A stretch of 35,616 bases of DNA. It comes from a virus (taxonomy: Duplodnaviria > Caudoviricetes). The notes beneath the pieces are model-generated. The model was not told the DNA's origin, did no database searches, and was given only the letters and a program-made list of their open reading frames with translations. A program made the translations under genes and the position numbers. This document shows, piece by piece, positions 17,401-25,700 of the stretch. The stretch lies in IMG/VR virus record IMGVR_UViG_3300032234_000295, positions 1 through 35,616 of that record; one strand, written 5' to 3'. Position 1 is the first letter of the stretch. Every line of letters starts with the position of its first letter.

Positions 17401-20315
17401 CCTGAACCATTTACAAGAACAGATCCTGCAGCTACTGAAACAGTTCCAGTTCCAGTAATGTCACCATTAATTTGTGCAGTTGTAAGTGTGTGAGCAATAC
17501 CAGTTCCAAAGTTTGTTATGTCAATAGTAATACCAGCATTAGAGTCTTCTAGGGTTTCTGATAACCTTATATAATCTCTGTTTAGTGCTACTACGTAATA
17601 ATCGGTTGCATCAGTCATACCGCCAATTTCTGTGGCAGCTGTACCAATGCTGTAGGTTACCTTTGTTCCAGTTAGGAATCCGTGAGAATTAATCTTAAAA
17701 GCATTTAGGTTAAGGTCAAGTGTTGATCTTGGGTTAAATGTTTTAACAATTAGTGGAACCTGACCCTTAGCGGTAACGTTAAAAGTTTTTTCTGTTGGCG
17801 TTCCAGTAATTTCATAAATTCCGTCTGGAGTTCTAGAAAGTGACTTTAGTGAATGAACTCCAACTCCAGATGGACTTTCTATTAAGTCTACAACTAGAGG
17901 CGTTGGTGCATTAGCAACACCACCAACAAAAGTTGCAGCAGCTTCTGCATTTTCTGGAGTAGTTGAAAGCTTAATGTTATCTTTGTCAACTCTAACAATG
18001 TAGTAAGGAGTTGAAGTGGTTAGTCCATTAACAACTGTCTGACCACGTGAGTCATATTCTACAAGCTCGCCCTGTTCAAATCCATGGTTAGGAATTGAGA
18101 TAGTGTTTGTAGTGAAGTTTAGCGAGGTAACTGTAAGCGTGTGAGTTCCAGTTCCAGCACTAGTAATGTTTACAAAATTAGTTAGTGATGGGCTAACAGA
18201 AAGTCTTATTAGACTTGCATCAACAGCAATTACAAAGTACGTTGCGTTATTTGTTAGTCCACCAATAAGGTTTCCTGAACCATTGCTGTACCTAATTGCC
18301 TGGCCGCTAATAAGTCCATGGTTTGGAACATATAGAGTATCATCTTCTGTGTTTACTGTAAGGAAAATAAAGCTGTGTGCTGTTCCAGTTCCTGCAGAAG
18401 TAAGGTTGATAACATTGGGGGCAGTTAGAGTATTTTTTATTCTAATGGTATTTGCATTAAGAACTTGTGCAACATAAACAGTCTGGTTTTCAACCAGTCC
18501 TCCAATTGGAGTGCCACCTCCTGCAGAGTATCTTAGTGGCTGATTTACCAAGAAACCGTGTTCGCTAATTGTAAGGGTGTCTGTTTCTGTGTTAACTACT
18601 ACACGAGAAATTCTGTTTTCTGCATTACGTGATGACGGAGTAGTAAGATTTATAGTAGACAATGTTGGAAGAGGAGTGCTACTTATCTTATAAGAAAAAT
18701 CATTAATTCTATCTACATAGTAAATGCTTCCACTTGTAAGTCCTGCTGGAGCTGTTCCAACAAATGTTGGAGAAATTGTTTCTCCATTTGACAATCCATG
18801 AGCGGTAGAACTATGAATTTGATCACTATCGCTATCAAAATTAATAGGAACAATTGCATGGTATGAGTTTCCAGCTGGCTCAACTTCAATTTTATTTGTT
18901 CCTGCATTAGCATCTGCCGCAGTTGGATAAAATTCATTACCAGTTGTAAAAGATGATACAAGAGTTACTTGTACAGAGCCATTTCCAGTATTAAACGAAT
19001 CAAGATTTGTTATGGCAACACCATTAAATGCAGAAACTCCATCAAAAAGTCCAGTTGAGGTTCCTACGTTTGTTGCAGAGTTTACAATAAAAGAACCTCC
19101 ACCACCACCAGAATGACCAGTTACAAGCGATCTTGCTCCTCCACCACCAGAAAAACCACCACCACCACCTGCTTGACCAGTAAGGTTTTGTTCTGAAGAT
19201 CCACCTCCACCAAATCCACCATATCCTCCACCTCTGGAGTTTACTGGCATGGTTAATCCATCAGTAAATGATCCTCCACCAAAATCTCCATTTTGACTAT
19301 TTTCTCCACGAGAACTAAAGCCTCCACCTGCAGCAGAACGACCACCTGTAGACAAACCACCAAAACCAATTGGTGCTCCTGCAGTAGCTCCTGATGTAGA
19401 AGTGCCTCCAAGCTGAGTCAAAGACCCATTTCTACCAGCTCCAGCTCCAGCTTCTGCGGTTCCTCCACCTGCCACAAATAATGGTTGATTGTTAGACTTA
19501 CGAACAACAAAGGTTCCACCACCAGAACCACCATACAAGGTTCCTGATCTTGGAGCTTCTCCACGCTGTCCTACTGCAATAGTTATGGTTTCACCCTTAG
19601 TTAGTGCGACTCTACCACGAACAATAGCTCCTAAACCTGCACCACCCGCACCAGTTCCATCAAAACCAGAAGCACCTGCAACGTTAAATTGATAAATACC
19701 AGAAACTGGTACTGTCCAGTCCTGATAGCCTTGCCAAGAACCCTGACGCAAATATTGTCCATGCCAGCTGGTAGTGTAGGCAGCTTGAATTTGAGCTGAT
19801 GTTGGTCCTACCCTGCCAGTTTGTCCACAAGATGTAAAGGTGTGAGTGTCTGATGTCATTGTGTATAGTGCTTGAATTCCAGAGAATGTATCTGTTACGT
19901 TTTTCAAAAAGTATGTGCTGCCACTTGTAAGGCCAGTTAAAGGTGTACCTGCAGTGTAGTATTTTACTGCCTGATTAGAAGCAGTTGATGAGTTAACCTG
20001 AAGAATATTATTAAACAGAACTGGAGTATTTATCAAAACAGTACCATTAACTGATCCAGTAATGTCTAGTGGATCTCCTTCGCTATCAACAAGATTTAAA
20101 ACCTGTGGTCCATTGCGCTCTACATAAAACAAAGAGTTGTTGTCAAGTCCGTCTATAGACCCAGAGCCATCATTGTAGACATAAGCACTTCCATTAACAA
20201 GTGATGCTGGAATGTTTGAGTCTTTAAAGTAAACAAAGTTTTCGTCTGAATTAACGTTTACTTTTCTAAAAGAATGTGTACCTGCTGCTCCAGCAGAAAT
20301 AATGTCTATAGTCAA
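14490..20315 (-). CDS. Giant putative fibre/adhesin (1941 aa): glycine-rich domain, many HG(L/F)..G..YYV repeats, C-terminal part paralogous to the 990-aa protein
   Basis: TTG start with SD GGAGG; repeats visible in the translation; shares HRPFDGG, RQTR.YFRYQSGKG, YIDYSWYGAG, RSGNLP.RYE, HWGTSVIMDGRFDDD, PDGPD and terminal W.EAQA with 25701..28673. Confidence 0.78.
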   Translation of the reverse strand: MTIDIISAGAAGTHSFRKVNVNSDENFVYFKDSNIPASLVNGSAYVYNDGSGSIDGLDNNSLFYVERNGPQVLNLVDSEGDPLDITGSVNGTVLINTPVLFNNILQVNSSTASNQAVKYYTAGTPLTGLTSGSTYFLKNVTDTFSGIQALYTMTSDTHTFTSCGQTGRVGPTSAQIQAAYTTSWHGQYLRQGSWQGYQDWTVPVSGIYQFNVAGASGFDGTGAGGAGLGAIVRGRVALTKGETITIAVGQRGEAPRSGTLYGGSGGGTFVVRKSNNQPLFVAGGGTAEAGAGAGRNGSLTQLGGTSTSGATAGAPIGFGGLSTGGRSAAGGGFSSRGENSQNGDFGGGSFTDGLTMPVNSRGGGYGGFGGGGSSEQNLTGQAGGGGGFSGGGGARSLVTGHSGGGGGSFIVNSATNVGTSTGLFDGVSAFNGVAITNLDSFNTGNGSVQVTLVSSFTTGNEFYPTAADANAGTNKIEVEPAGNSYHAIVPINFDSDSDQIHSSTAHGLSNGETISPTFVGTAPAGLTSGSIYYVDRINDFSYKISSTPLPTLSTINLTTPSSRNAENRISRVVVNTETDTLTISEHGFLVNQPLRYSAGGGTPIGGLVENQTVYVAQVLNANTIRIKNTLTAPNVINLTSAGTGTAHSFIFLTVNTEDDTLYVPNHGLISGQAIRYSNGSGNLIGGLTNNATYFVIAVDASLIRLSVSPSLTNFVNITSAGTGTHTLTVTSLNFTTNTISIPNHGFEQGELVEYDSRGQTVVNGLTTSTPYYIVRVDKDNIKLSTTPENAEAAATFVGGVANAPTPLVVDLIESPSGVGVHSLKSLSRTPDGIYEITGTPTEKTFNVTAKGQVPLIVKTFNPRSTLDLNLNAFKINSHGFLTGTKVTYSIGTAATEIGGMTDATDYYVVALNRDYIRLSETLEDSNAGITIDITNFGTGIAHTLTTAQINGDITGTGTVSVAAGSVLVNGSGTSFAKVLKVGDRFRLFPPSTTTSITFAAADINTSNNVITKAHSFTTGDTAVFENGGGTSPTPLITNYYYFVRVISGTQITLHSSRSDAINNISPIVFSSQGVGTGFTLTETIPVGPIIRRITAIGSDTQITVDRPYASGYSGVSYSYPTFIYVRPQGYSLHRPFDGGVEMSAGSGTSLAQIIRQTRKYFRYQSGKGLQTSCGINFKPSIDLESMTRFSSTQILCRTRRPHGLIDGLFVVVDQAETSTGSRSSIYNGRFQVIVDTPTSFRITSPITVPTGNESSSYGFPQFYVEGWTNGAVRTGMFDSQNGAFFEFDGQKLYAVRRSSTQQIAGTAASLQGSELVFGTNTKFTAQLEVGNMIVMRGQSYRVVEIESDTRLSIRPEYKGSSGVEKEFNPGNGTTGVVRLDSDTFNFVNHGFNDKLPLVYNSIDGEAIGGLVNGRTYYVDLIDNNNFKLLATPDAETNVDLSSVGTTAVHSFAPAKSGIIITKTVDTRVPQEEWSIDKADGNGPTGYNLDLSKIQMAYIDYSWYGAGKIRFGFKTANGQVKYLHEFIHNNQLFESYFRSGNLPARYEVVTYDNPTYIPTLFHWGTSVIMDGRFDDDNAYLFTANSQTLNVPGTTAKSFASTGINIDTDLFTVQTHGFRTGDILQFQSLATNGLPGANSQHPATQVIGSNTRANLTNSAKYRAFVNSPNLIHLTPLNATISIGATVSRTGNTVTVVEDQAHNIPATGNNYVGVYNSGVANIPNYVGPVTVVNATTFTYPVSGTAQTVNSTVSTTLAVSEVLNFTSRGNTQYTYFLYPDGSLNNTSGPNYQPLISLRLSPSVSEGLTGKLGDRDIINRMQLRLQEIGVSTNQLVDVKVLLNGRLNNLNFTGVDNPSLTQIVEHTSADTVSGGVQVYNFRAAGGANNTEDTTSVNVSTLFELSNSILGGDSIFPDGPDILTIAVSRLTGNDTLTAAKLSWAEAQA

Positions 20316-20343
20316 CTTCTAACCTCCAGATTAGCTTTGTATA

Positions 20344-20352
20344 ATTGTATCA
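20344..20352 (-). promoter_or_regulatory. Extended -10 promoter TGATACAAT
   Basis: Plus strand attgtatca in the gap between the 1192-aa and 1941-aa genes. Confidence 0.62.
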
Positions 20353-20354
20353 TG

Positions 20355-23300
20355 CTATCCAGCCAATCTAACAGGATACCTAAGAACAACAATTCCAGAA
20401 CCACCAACGCCACCAAGATCTCTTCGTCCTACAACGTCTCTACTGCTATCAGTTGCGTAAGCTCCACCACCGCCACCGCCTGTGTTTGCTCCAGCATTTC
20501 CACCTCTACGTCCAACGCCACTTCCTGATCCACCAGGCTGTCCAGCATTAATTCCTGAAGCACCTGCTGCTCCTGGATTGCCGCTAGCCCATGTGTGGCC
20601 TCCTCCAGCACCACCAAGTCCACCATTACCACCAGGACAACTAGTGATAGTAGAACCACCGCCGCCGCCGCCAAAGTAGTAAAGTGTTCCAAGAATATTG
20701 CTTGGCCTTCCATCTCCACCATTTGCACGTGGAGCTGAAGCTGAGTTAACATCTGATCCTGGTGATCCTGCATTAAGCGCACCACCTCCACCACCAGTGT
20801 TGTGTGAGTTAGCATTGTCTGTTGTAAAGCGAATACCTGAACCACCAGGATTTCCTTGACCTGGAGTTGCGGCTGCTGCATTTACACGAATTCGGTCTCC
20901 ACCAGAAACTGCGTTGCTACCCAAAGATCCTGCACCACCAGAAGAAGCACCAGTATTACCAATTGACCAAACACTTAGCGATCCGCTATCCCAGCCACCT
21001 CCATAGCCACCTCCAAGTGCTGTAGCTACGTTAGGAATTATAGAGTTTCCTCCATTTTGATAAATTCCTCCTCCGTCACCAACAGTAATATTTGTTGATC
21101 CAATAGTTGGAGTATAGCTTCCTTCAAGGAATCCACCTCCACCTCCACCGCCGCCAACGTGGGTTGCACCACCACCGCCACCACCAACGACTAAGTAACT
21201 AATAGATGCAAAGTCTGGAGATTCAATTGATGAAATAGTAAAGTTGCTTACTCCTGTAGAGTAGAATGCATGAACCTTATACACCACACCTTGTTCTGTA
21301 ACCTCTGTAACGGTTCCTCCAGTAGCAGTAATTCCTGCAATGTTAACGCCTGTCAAAGGATAGCGAATAATTACAATTCCAGAGCCACCATTGCCACCAA
21401 ATCCACGAGCCCAGGCTCCACCTCCACCGCCACCGCCTGTGTTTGCACCAGCGTCTGCTCCAGAGTTAGTTGTTGGCTGATTGCTTGATCCATACAAGAA
21501 TCCATTTTGACCAGGATTACGACCCTGCAAGCCTCCAAGACCTACTGTACCTGAGTTTGCGTCTCCGCCACCGCCACCGCCGATGCCACCATTACCTGCA
21601 CCATTACCGCTTAGGTGACCTGCGCCACCGCCTCCACCTCCGTAAAAGAATAGGGTTCCGTCAATTCTACTTCCAATGCCTGGACCACCTGCTCCACCTC
21701 GAACATTGTTATTTACTGGTGTTTGTCCTGGACCAGCAGCGCCACCGCCACCACCGCCTGGCCAGTTATCTCCACAACTATTTGTTCCACTTCCCCCAGG
21801 ATTACCATAACCACCAGATGAAGAAGTAGGTTGCTGTGCAGCACCGCCAGCACCACCGCCAGGGCCACAGCCACCTCCACCACCAGAGCCACCAGCTAAA
21901 CCAAAACCTCTAACCTCTCTATGGCTTCCTGCACCTCCACCACCGATGGCGGTAAGTCCAAATGCAGAAGAGTTTCCACCATTTGCAGAAGGATTTGTAG
22001 CATTATTTGTAAAAATACCTTCACCAGATTCTGGGGATATACCTCCAGCACCAACAACGATTGAATATGTTTGTGCTGTAACAACTGGCTTAGGAGTCAA
22101 AGGGTTTGTAGTTGTGTCAATAACACCGCCACCTCCACCACCACCACTTAGACCGTGCGCACCAGAACCGCCTCCAGCAACAATCAAAACATCTACAAGT
22201 CCGTCCCCTCCAGGACTTGTAACCACAAAGTTAGATGTTCCAGTTGTTGTAAACGTGTGAGCTCTCCAGGTTCTTCCATCTGCTGTAAAGTCAGTAACTG
22301 TTCCACCTGTTGCAATGATTGGCTTAAAGCCTACGTCATTATTTAACTTATAGTTGTGCGCATCGTATGCTGTATCTACGAAATAGAATTTTTGATTAAA
22401 GTCTGAAGTAAAGTTTCCATTTGCTGGGAATGTGTACTCAATCATATCATCTTCTTGAAAATTAGAGTTTTTAATATGAATGATATCTTTAGTTAAAGAA
22501 ACTCCAATAGACTGCAAAGTTTGAGTTCCAGTTCCACCAGAAAGAGATATTGGAGATGAAGCTGAGCCAGGAAGATTACTAATTTGAACCTGATATGATC
22601 CTGGAGAACCAGTTATGCTATGAATAAAGTATGTCTCTCCTTTATTCAAAGGACTTGCTCCAGCTCCAGTTGAGTCATATCTAACCATAGAACCAACATA
22701 GTAGTCAAGAACTACGTTACCTGCTGTGCTTACGTTGATAGTTGAACCACTAAAGGATGTGATAGTTGCAAGACCATTAGTCTGAGTAATGCTTCCTGAT
22801 TCCCCAGAAAAACCCTGATTTCCTCCATCGAAAATGAAGCTAGGGCCTATTTGAACGTCAAGAACAGTTTGAGTTAGTGGATTAATGTTGTTGCCAGCAA
22901 AAGTTCTTGCTTGGTTTGCTCTTTGAAATGTTCCAGAAAGAGAGGTAGTAAAAAGAACTGGTTCACCATCTGGAACTAGGGATACTTGAAATGTTGATGT
23001 AGAAGTTCCAAGACTTGTTGTTGTTTTTAAGAATACGACTCCACGTGGATTTGTATTAAAATATCCACTTGTAGCAGAAACATTGTAATAAAGCGGAGTT
23101 CCTAGTGGAAGGTTGGCAAAATTTTCAGTAGTGTGGCTAACAGTAATTCTACTGTTTGCTATGTCTGTTGAAGTAATGTTGCTTACAGTACCGCCTTCAA
23201 CTGCGCTGTTTGACCAGTCAATATTGAAGGATGAAAGAGTGTTAGAGCCATCAAATGTCTGAGCAGTTGCAGAGTTGGATGCATCAAAAGTTTTAGACGC

Positions 23301-23933
23301 TGTATTAGCAGCTTGGAACTCTTGCGCAACTGTAGAGTTTAGGTTTAGGAAATAAAATGGAGTGTTCTCTCCAAATCCGTGTGTAGAGTTTGTGGTTACT
23401 GTAAGTTGTGATGTTCCTGCTGCGTCAGTAATAATACCTTCGCTATCAGAAACTCTTAGCTGAGATCCCTGAAAAAATTCTCCAGTAATAATTGAAGAGT
23501 AGAGGTCAAGAATAGATGCGGTTTCGTCCTGGTCATCTTTACATAAGTAAGTAAAAGTTTTGGTATCTGGAATAGAGTTAATGATGTATGAGCCATCAGC
23601 AGTGATTGACTTAGTTCCAGTTACGTTGATTGGAATACCTACTGCCAGTCCGTGGTCAAGCTCAGTTCTAACAATGATTTCACGAGTACCAGCATTGGTA
23701 ATAATTGAAGAAATACCGTCAATAGTTGTATCACCAGACTTAGAAAAGAATGATGGGGTGTTGTTAATAAGCTCGACGGTCTCCCACTTGGTTGGCTGTA
23801 GACCATACTCGAAGTCTGTATCGATTAGGTTTTCTGGCTGAGAGATTCTAAATTTGGATACTGGGTCAATTAGTTCACTTGGAAACTCATAATTGCCTGC
23901 TCCACCAGTTGGAGGAAAACTGTTAATTCCCAT
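20355..23933 (-). CDS. Putative fibre/adhesin (1192 aa): N-terminus paralogous to the 990-aa protein, two C-terminal glycine-rich domains
   Basis: DPVSKFRISQPENLIDTDFEYG matches DPVGKLRVSEAQALIDTDFEYG; two ATGG...H.F...V.GGG...GGSGIV..RYP units. Confidence 0.78.
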   Translation of the reverse strand: MGINSFPPTGGAGNYEFPSELIDPVSKFRISQPENLIDTDFEYGLQPTKWETVELINNTPSFFSKSGDTTIDGISSIITNAGTREIIVRTELDHGLAVGIPINVTGTKSITADGSYIINSIPDTKTFTYLCKDDQDETASILDLYSSIITGEFFQGSQLRVSDSEGIITDAAGTSQLTVTTNSTHGFGENTPFYFLNLNSTVAQEFQAANTASKTFDASNSATAQTFDGSNTLSSFNIDWSNSAVEGGTVSNITSTDIANSRITVSHTTENFANLPLGTPLYYNVSATSGYFNTNPRGVVFLKTTTSLGTSTSTFQVSLVPDGEPVLFTTSLSGTFQRANQARTFAGNNINPLTQTVLDVQIGPSFIFDGGNQGFSGESGSITQTNGLATITSFSGSTINVSTAGNVVLDYYVGSMVRYDSTGAGASPLNKGETYFIHSITGSPGSYQVQISNLPGSASSPISLSGGTGTQTLQSIGVSLTKDIIHIKNSNFQEDDMIEYTFPANGNFTSDFNQKFYFVDTAYDAHNYKLNNDVGFKPIIATGGTVTDFTADGRTWRAHTFTTTGTSNFVVTSPGGDGLVDVLIVAGGGSGAHGLSGGGGGGGVIDTTTNPLTPKPVVTAQTYSIVVGAGGISPESGEGIFTNNATNPSANGGNSSAFGLTAIGGGGAGSHREVRGFGLAGGSGGGGGCGPGGGAGGAAQQPTSSSGGYGNPGGSGTNSCGDNWPGGGGGGAAGPGQTPVNNNVRGGAGGPGIGSRIDGTLFFYGGGGGGAGHLSGNGAGNGGIGGGGGGDANSGTVGLGGLQGRNPGQNGFLYGSSNQPTTNSGADAGANTGGGGGGGAWARGFGGNGGSGIVIIRYPLTGVNIAGITATGGTVTEVTEQGVVYKVHAFYSTGVSNFTISSIESPDFASISYLVVGGGGGGATHVGGGGGGGGFLEGSYTPTIGSTNITVGDGGGIYQNGGNSIIPNVATALGGGYGGGWDSGSLSVWSIGNTGASSGGAGSLGSNAVSGGDRIRVNAAAATPGQGNPGGSGIRFTTDNANSHNTGGGGGALNAGSPGSDVNSASAPRANGGDGRPSNILGTLYYFGGGGGGSTITSCPGGNGGLGGAGGGHTWASGNPGAAGASGINAGQPGGSGSGVGRRGGNAGANTGGGGGGAYATDSSRDVVGRRDLGGVGGSGIVVLRYPVRLAG

Positions 23934-24247
23934 TACGATATCTCAATTCCACTAATGTGATACTTTACAGTGGTTGCGCTTGCAAACCCTGTAATTTTTT
24001 TCATTGTTCCAGAAGCATCTAGAACCTGCTTTAGATCTACTGAAACGGTACTATTGCCTTCAATTGGAGTGCTGTTAAAAAGTTCAACACCATCGAGAAG
24101 TAGGGTAAAGGTTCTAGCGTTGTTTGTTGTATTTGTTACGACAATGTTAGTAACAATAGAAGTTGTAGTTGATGTTGGAACGATGTAAATGTCTGCAATG
24201 CTAGTTGCAAAAGAACCACGTGCCATTGCTTTTGTTAAAGTAGCCAT
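23933..24247 (-). CDS. Small beta-rich putative virion protein (104 aa)
   Basis: IYIVP.STTTSIVTNIVVTN...ISGIEIS; coupled (TAATG) to the 1192-aa gene; own promoter. Confidence 0.72.
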   Translation of the reverse strand: MATLTKAMARGSFATSIADIYIVPTSTTTSIVTNIVVTNTTNNARTFTLLLDGVELFNSTPIEGNSTVSVDLKQVLDASGTMKKITGFASATTVKYHISGIEIS

Positions 24248-24269
24248 TTACTCTCTTTCTCTATCAATT

Positions 24270-24280
24270 ATTATACCATA
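24270..24280 (-). promoter_or_regulatory. Extended -10 promoter TATGGTATAAT
   Basis: Plus strand attataccata. Confidence 0.75.
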
Positions 24281-24291
24281 CAGTTTTCTCA

Positions 24292-25176
24292 TTAATATGC
24301 TCCCATAATTACCATATTTAAGTCTGGAATGTTTCCAGAAGATTCTCTGTTTTCCCACTGATTTGTATCACCGTTGTAAACTAGTAGTGATCCCTCAGTT
24401 GGTGTTCCAGTTATTGTTACGTCTTGAAAGTCATCAAGAGTAGCAGTTCCAAGGTCTCCTGGAGGTCCTTGAATACCCTGTGGAAGTGCAAAATTTATAA
24501 TTTGATTAGGAGCGCTGCCTTCTATTGTTACTTCTGGATCTTCTTCTGGCCCTACAGCTGTCACGTCGCCAACAGTAAGAGTGTTTGGAGGACCAATAAG
24601 TCCTTCTGGAATTACAAAATTAATAGTTTGGTCTGGAGCATCTCCAGTAATTTCAACTTCAGCTGGTGTGCCTGGACCTCCAGTTACTACAGTTCCAACA
24701 CTCAAACTGCTTGGTGGTCCTGTTGGCCCTTCAATGCCAACGTCTACCCAGTCTGAGCCATTCCAGTAAAATACTCTATCTGGGTCGTAAGTTGTGTCTA
24801 TCCACAAAGTTCCAATCTGAGGAGATGCTGGCTCTTGACCAACAACCACGTCAGTATTTCCAGTTGTATCATAAACACCATTTACAAAAAATGTAACATT
24901 TCCTGACTCGCTTTTTACGTAAACCTTGTCATTAACATTTGCTGCAGTTTTAAATGTTTCAAAAGTGTTTCTACTTGTAAGGGGAATTTGATTTCCAAAG
25001 TAAATCCATTCGTCAGGAAAATCCTCTTTTGTATTTGGAACAATGTATGCTGTAACTTTGGTTGCCCCAGAAAGATTGACGGCAACTACAGAAATTAAAG
25101 AGCTTCTTTCTACAGTATCTAAAAGAAAGTCTACATTGGCTTCTGGTTTACCAGATCCAAATCTTGCTACTGCCAT
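24292..25176 (-). CDS. Putative fibre protein with short collagen-like segments and two ~42-aa repeats (294 aa)
   Basis: GP(T/I)GPP..L.VG.V...GP....EV.I.G.AP.Q.INF..P.G occurs twice; N-terminal domain paralogous to 25176..25697; ends IMGAY. Confidence 0.72.
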   Translation of the reverse strand: MAVARFGSGKPEANVDFLLDTVERSSLISVVAVNLSGATKVTAYIVPNTKEDFPDEWIYFGNQIPLTSRNTFETFKTAANVNDKVYVKSESGNVTFFVNGVYDTTGNTDVVVGQEPASPQIGTLWIDTTYDPDRVFYWNGSDWVDVGIEGPTGPPSSLSVGTVVTGGPGTPAEVEITGDAPDQTINFVIPEGLIGPPNTLTVGDVTAVGPEEDPEVTIEGSAPNQIINFALPQGIQGPPGDLGTATLDDFQDVTITGTPTEGSLLVYNGDTNQWENRESSGNIPDLNMVIMGAY

Positions 25177-25697
25177 TAGCTATCCCCCACAACATTTTCG
25201 TAAGTGCTAAAAGCATTTCCTCCGTCAACAGAGTTATATCCAGTTGATGGTAGAATACCTTGCCAACCTTCATCCTCTACGTACATATTAAAAGTTCCAG
25301 CTGTGGTGTCAAAGAACAAGTCTCCTGGTGTTGGGTTTGGTGGACGATCGCTAGAGGTTCCATTAGTGTATCTTAACTCTACGATTGGCTGTGGAATCCC
25401 CTCAGCAAAAAACGAAACATCTTCAATACTTGTCTTCACCCATAGCTCATCAAGAGTATTAAGTGCAAACCTATTTGTCTCAAGAGTATTAAATGGCTTT
25501 AGTGGAAAGTTATAAACGATATAAGCATTCTGTAGCTCAGATCCTCCTGGCTGCTTTGCATAAATAGTTAGGTTGGCAGTTTCAGTTTGGCTAAGGTTTG
25601 TAGCAATAACTGATGCAAAGTATGGCATGTTGACATCTGACAACAGGGTGTCTTCATTTGCCTGTGGCCTTGCAACTCCCAGTCTTTTTATGCTCAT
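25176..25697 (-). CDS. Putative virion protein (173 aa), beta-rich N-domain plus fibre-like motif
   Basis: GTSSDRPPNPTPGDLFFDTT...W is a common fibre-shaft motif; N-domain aligns with the 294-aa neighbour. Confidence 0.7.
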   Translation of the reverse strand: MSIKRLGVARPQANEDTLLSDVNMPYFASVIATNLSQTETANLTIYAKQPGGSELQNAYIVYNFPLKPFNTLETNRFALNTLDELWVKTSIEDVSFFAEGIPQPIVELRYTNGTSSDRPPNPTPGDLFFDTTAGTFNMYVEDEGWQGILPSTGYNSVDGGNAFSTYENVVGDS

Positions 25698-25700
25698 TTG

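Noticed and set aside
19080-22200. Possible PE-PGRS genes or tandem DNA repeats
   Set aside because: No PE domain; the Gly runs are bounded by phage glycine-rich-domain motifs and the (CCA/CCT/CCG)n pattern is just codon usage.
20274-22346. Several Pro-rich plus-strand and Val/Glu-rich alternative-frame ORFs
   Set aside because: Artefacts of GGT/GGA/GGC glycine codon runs in the 1192-aa gene.
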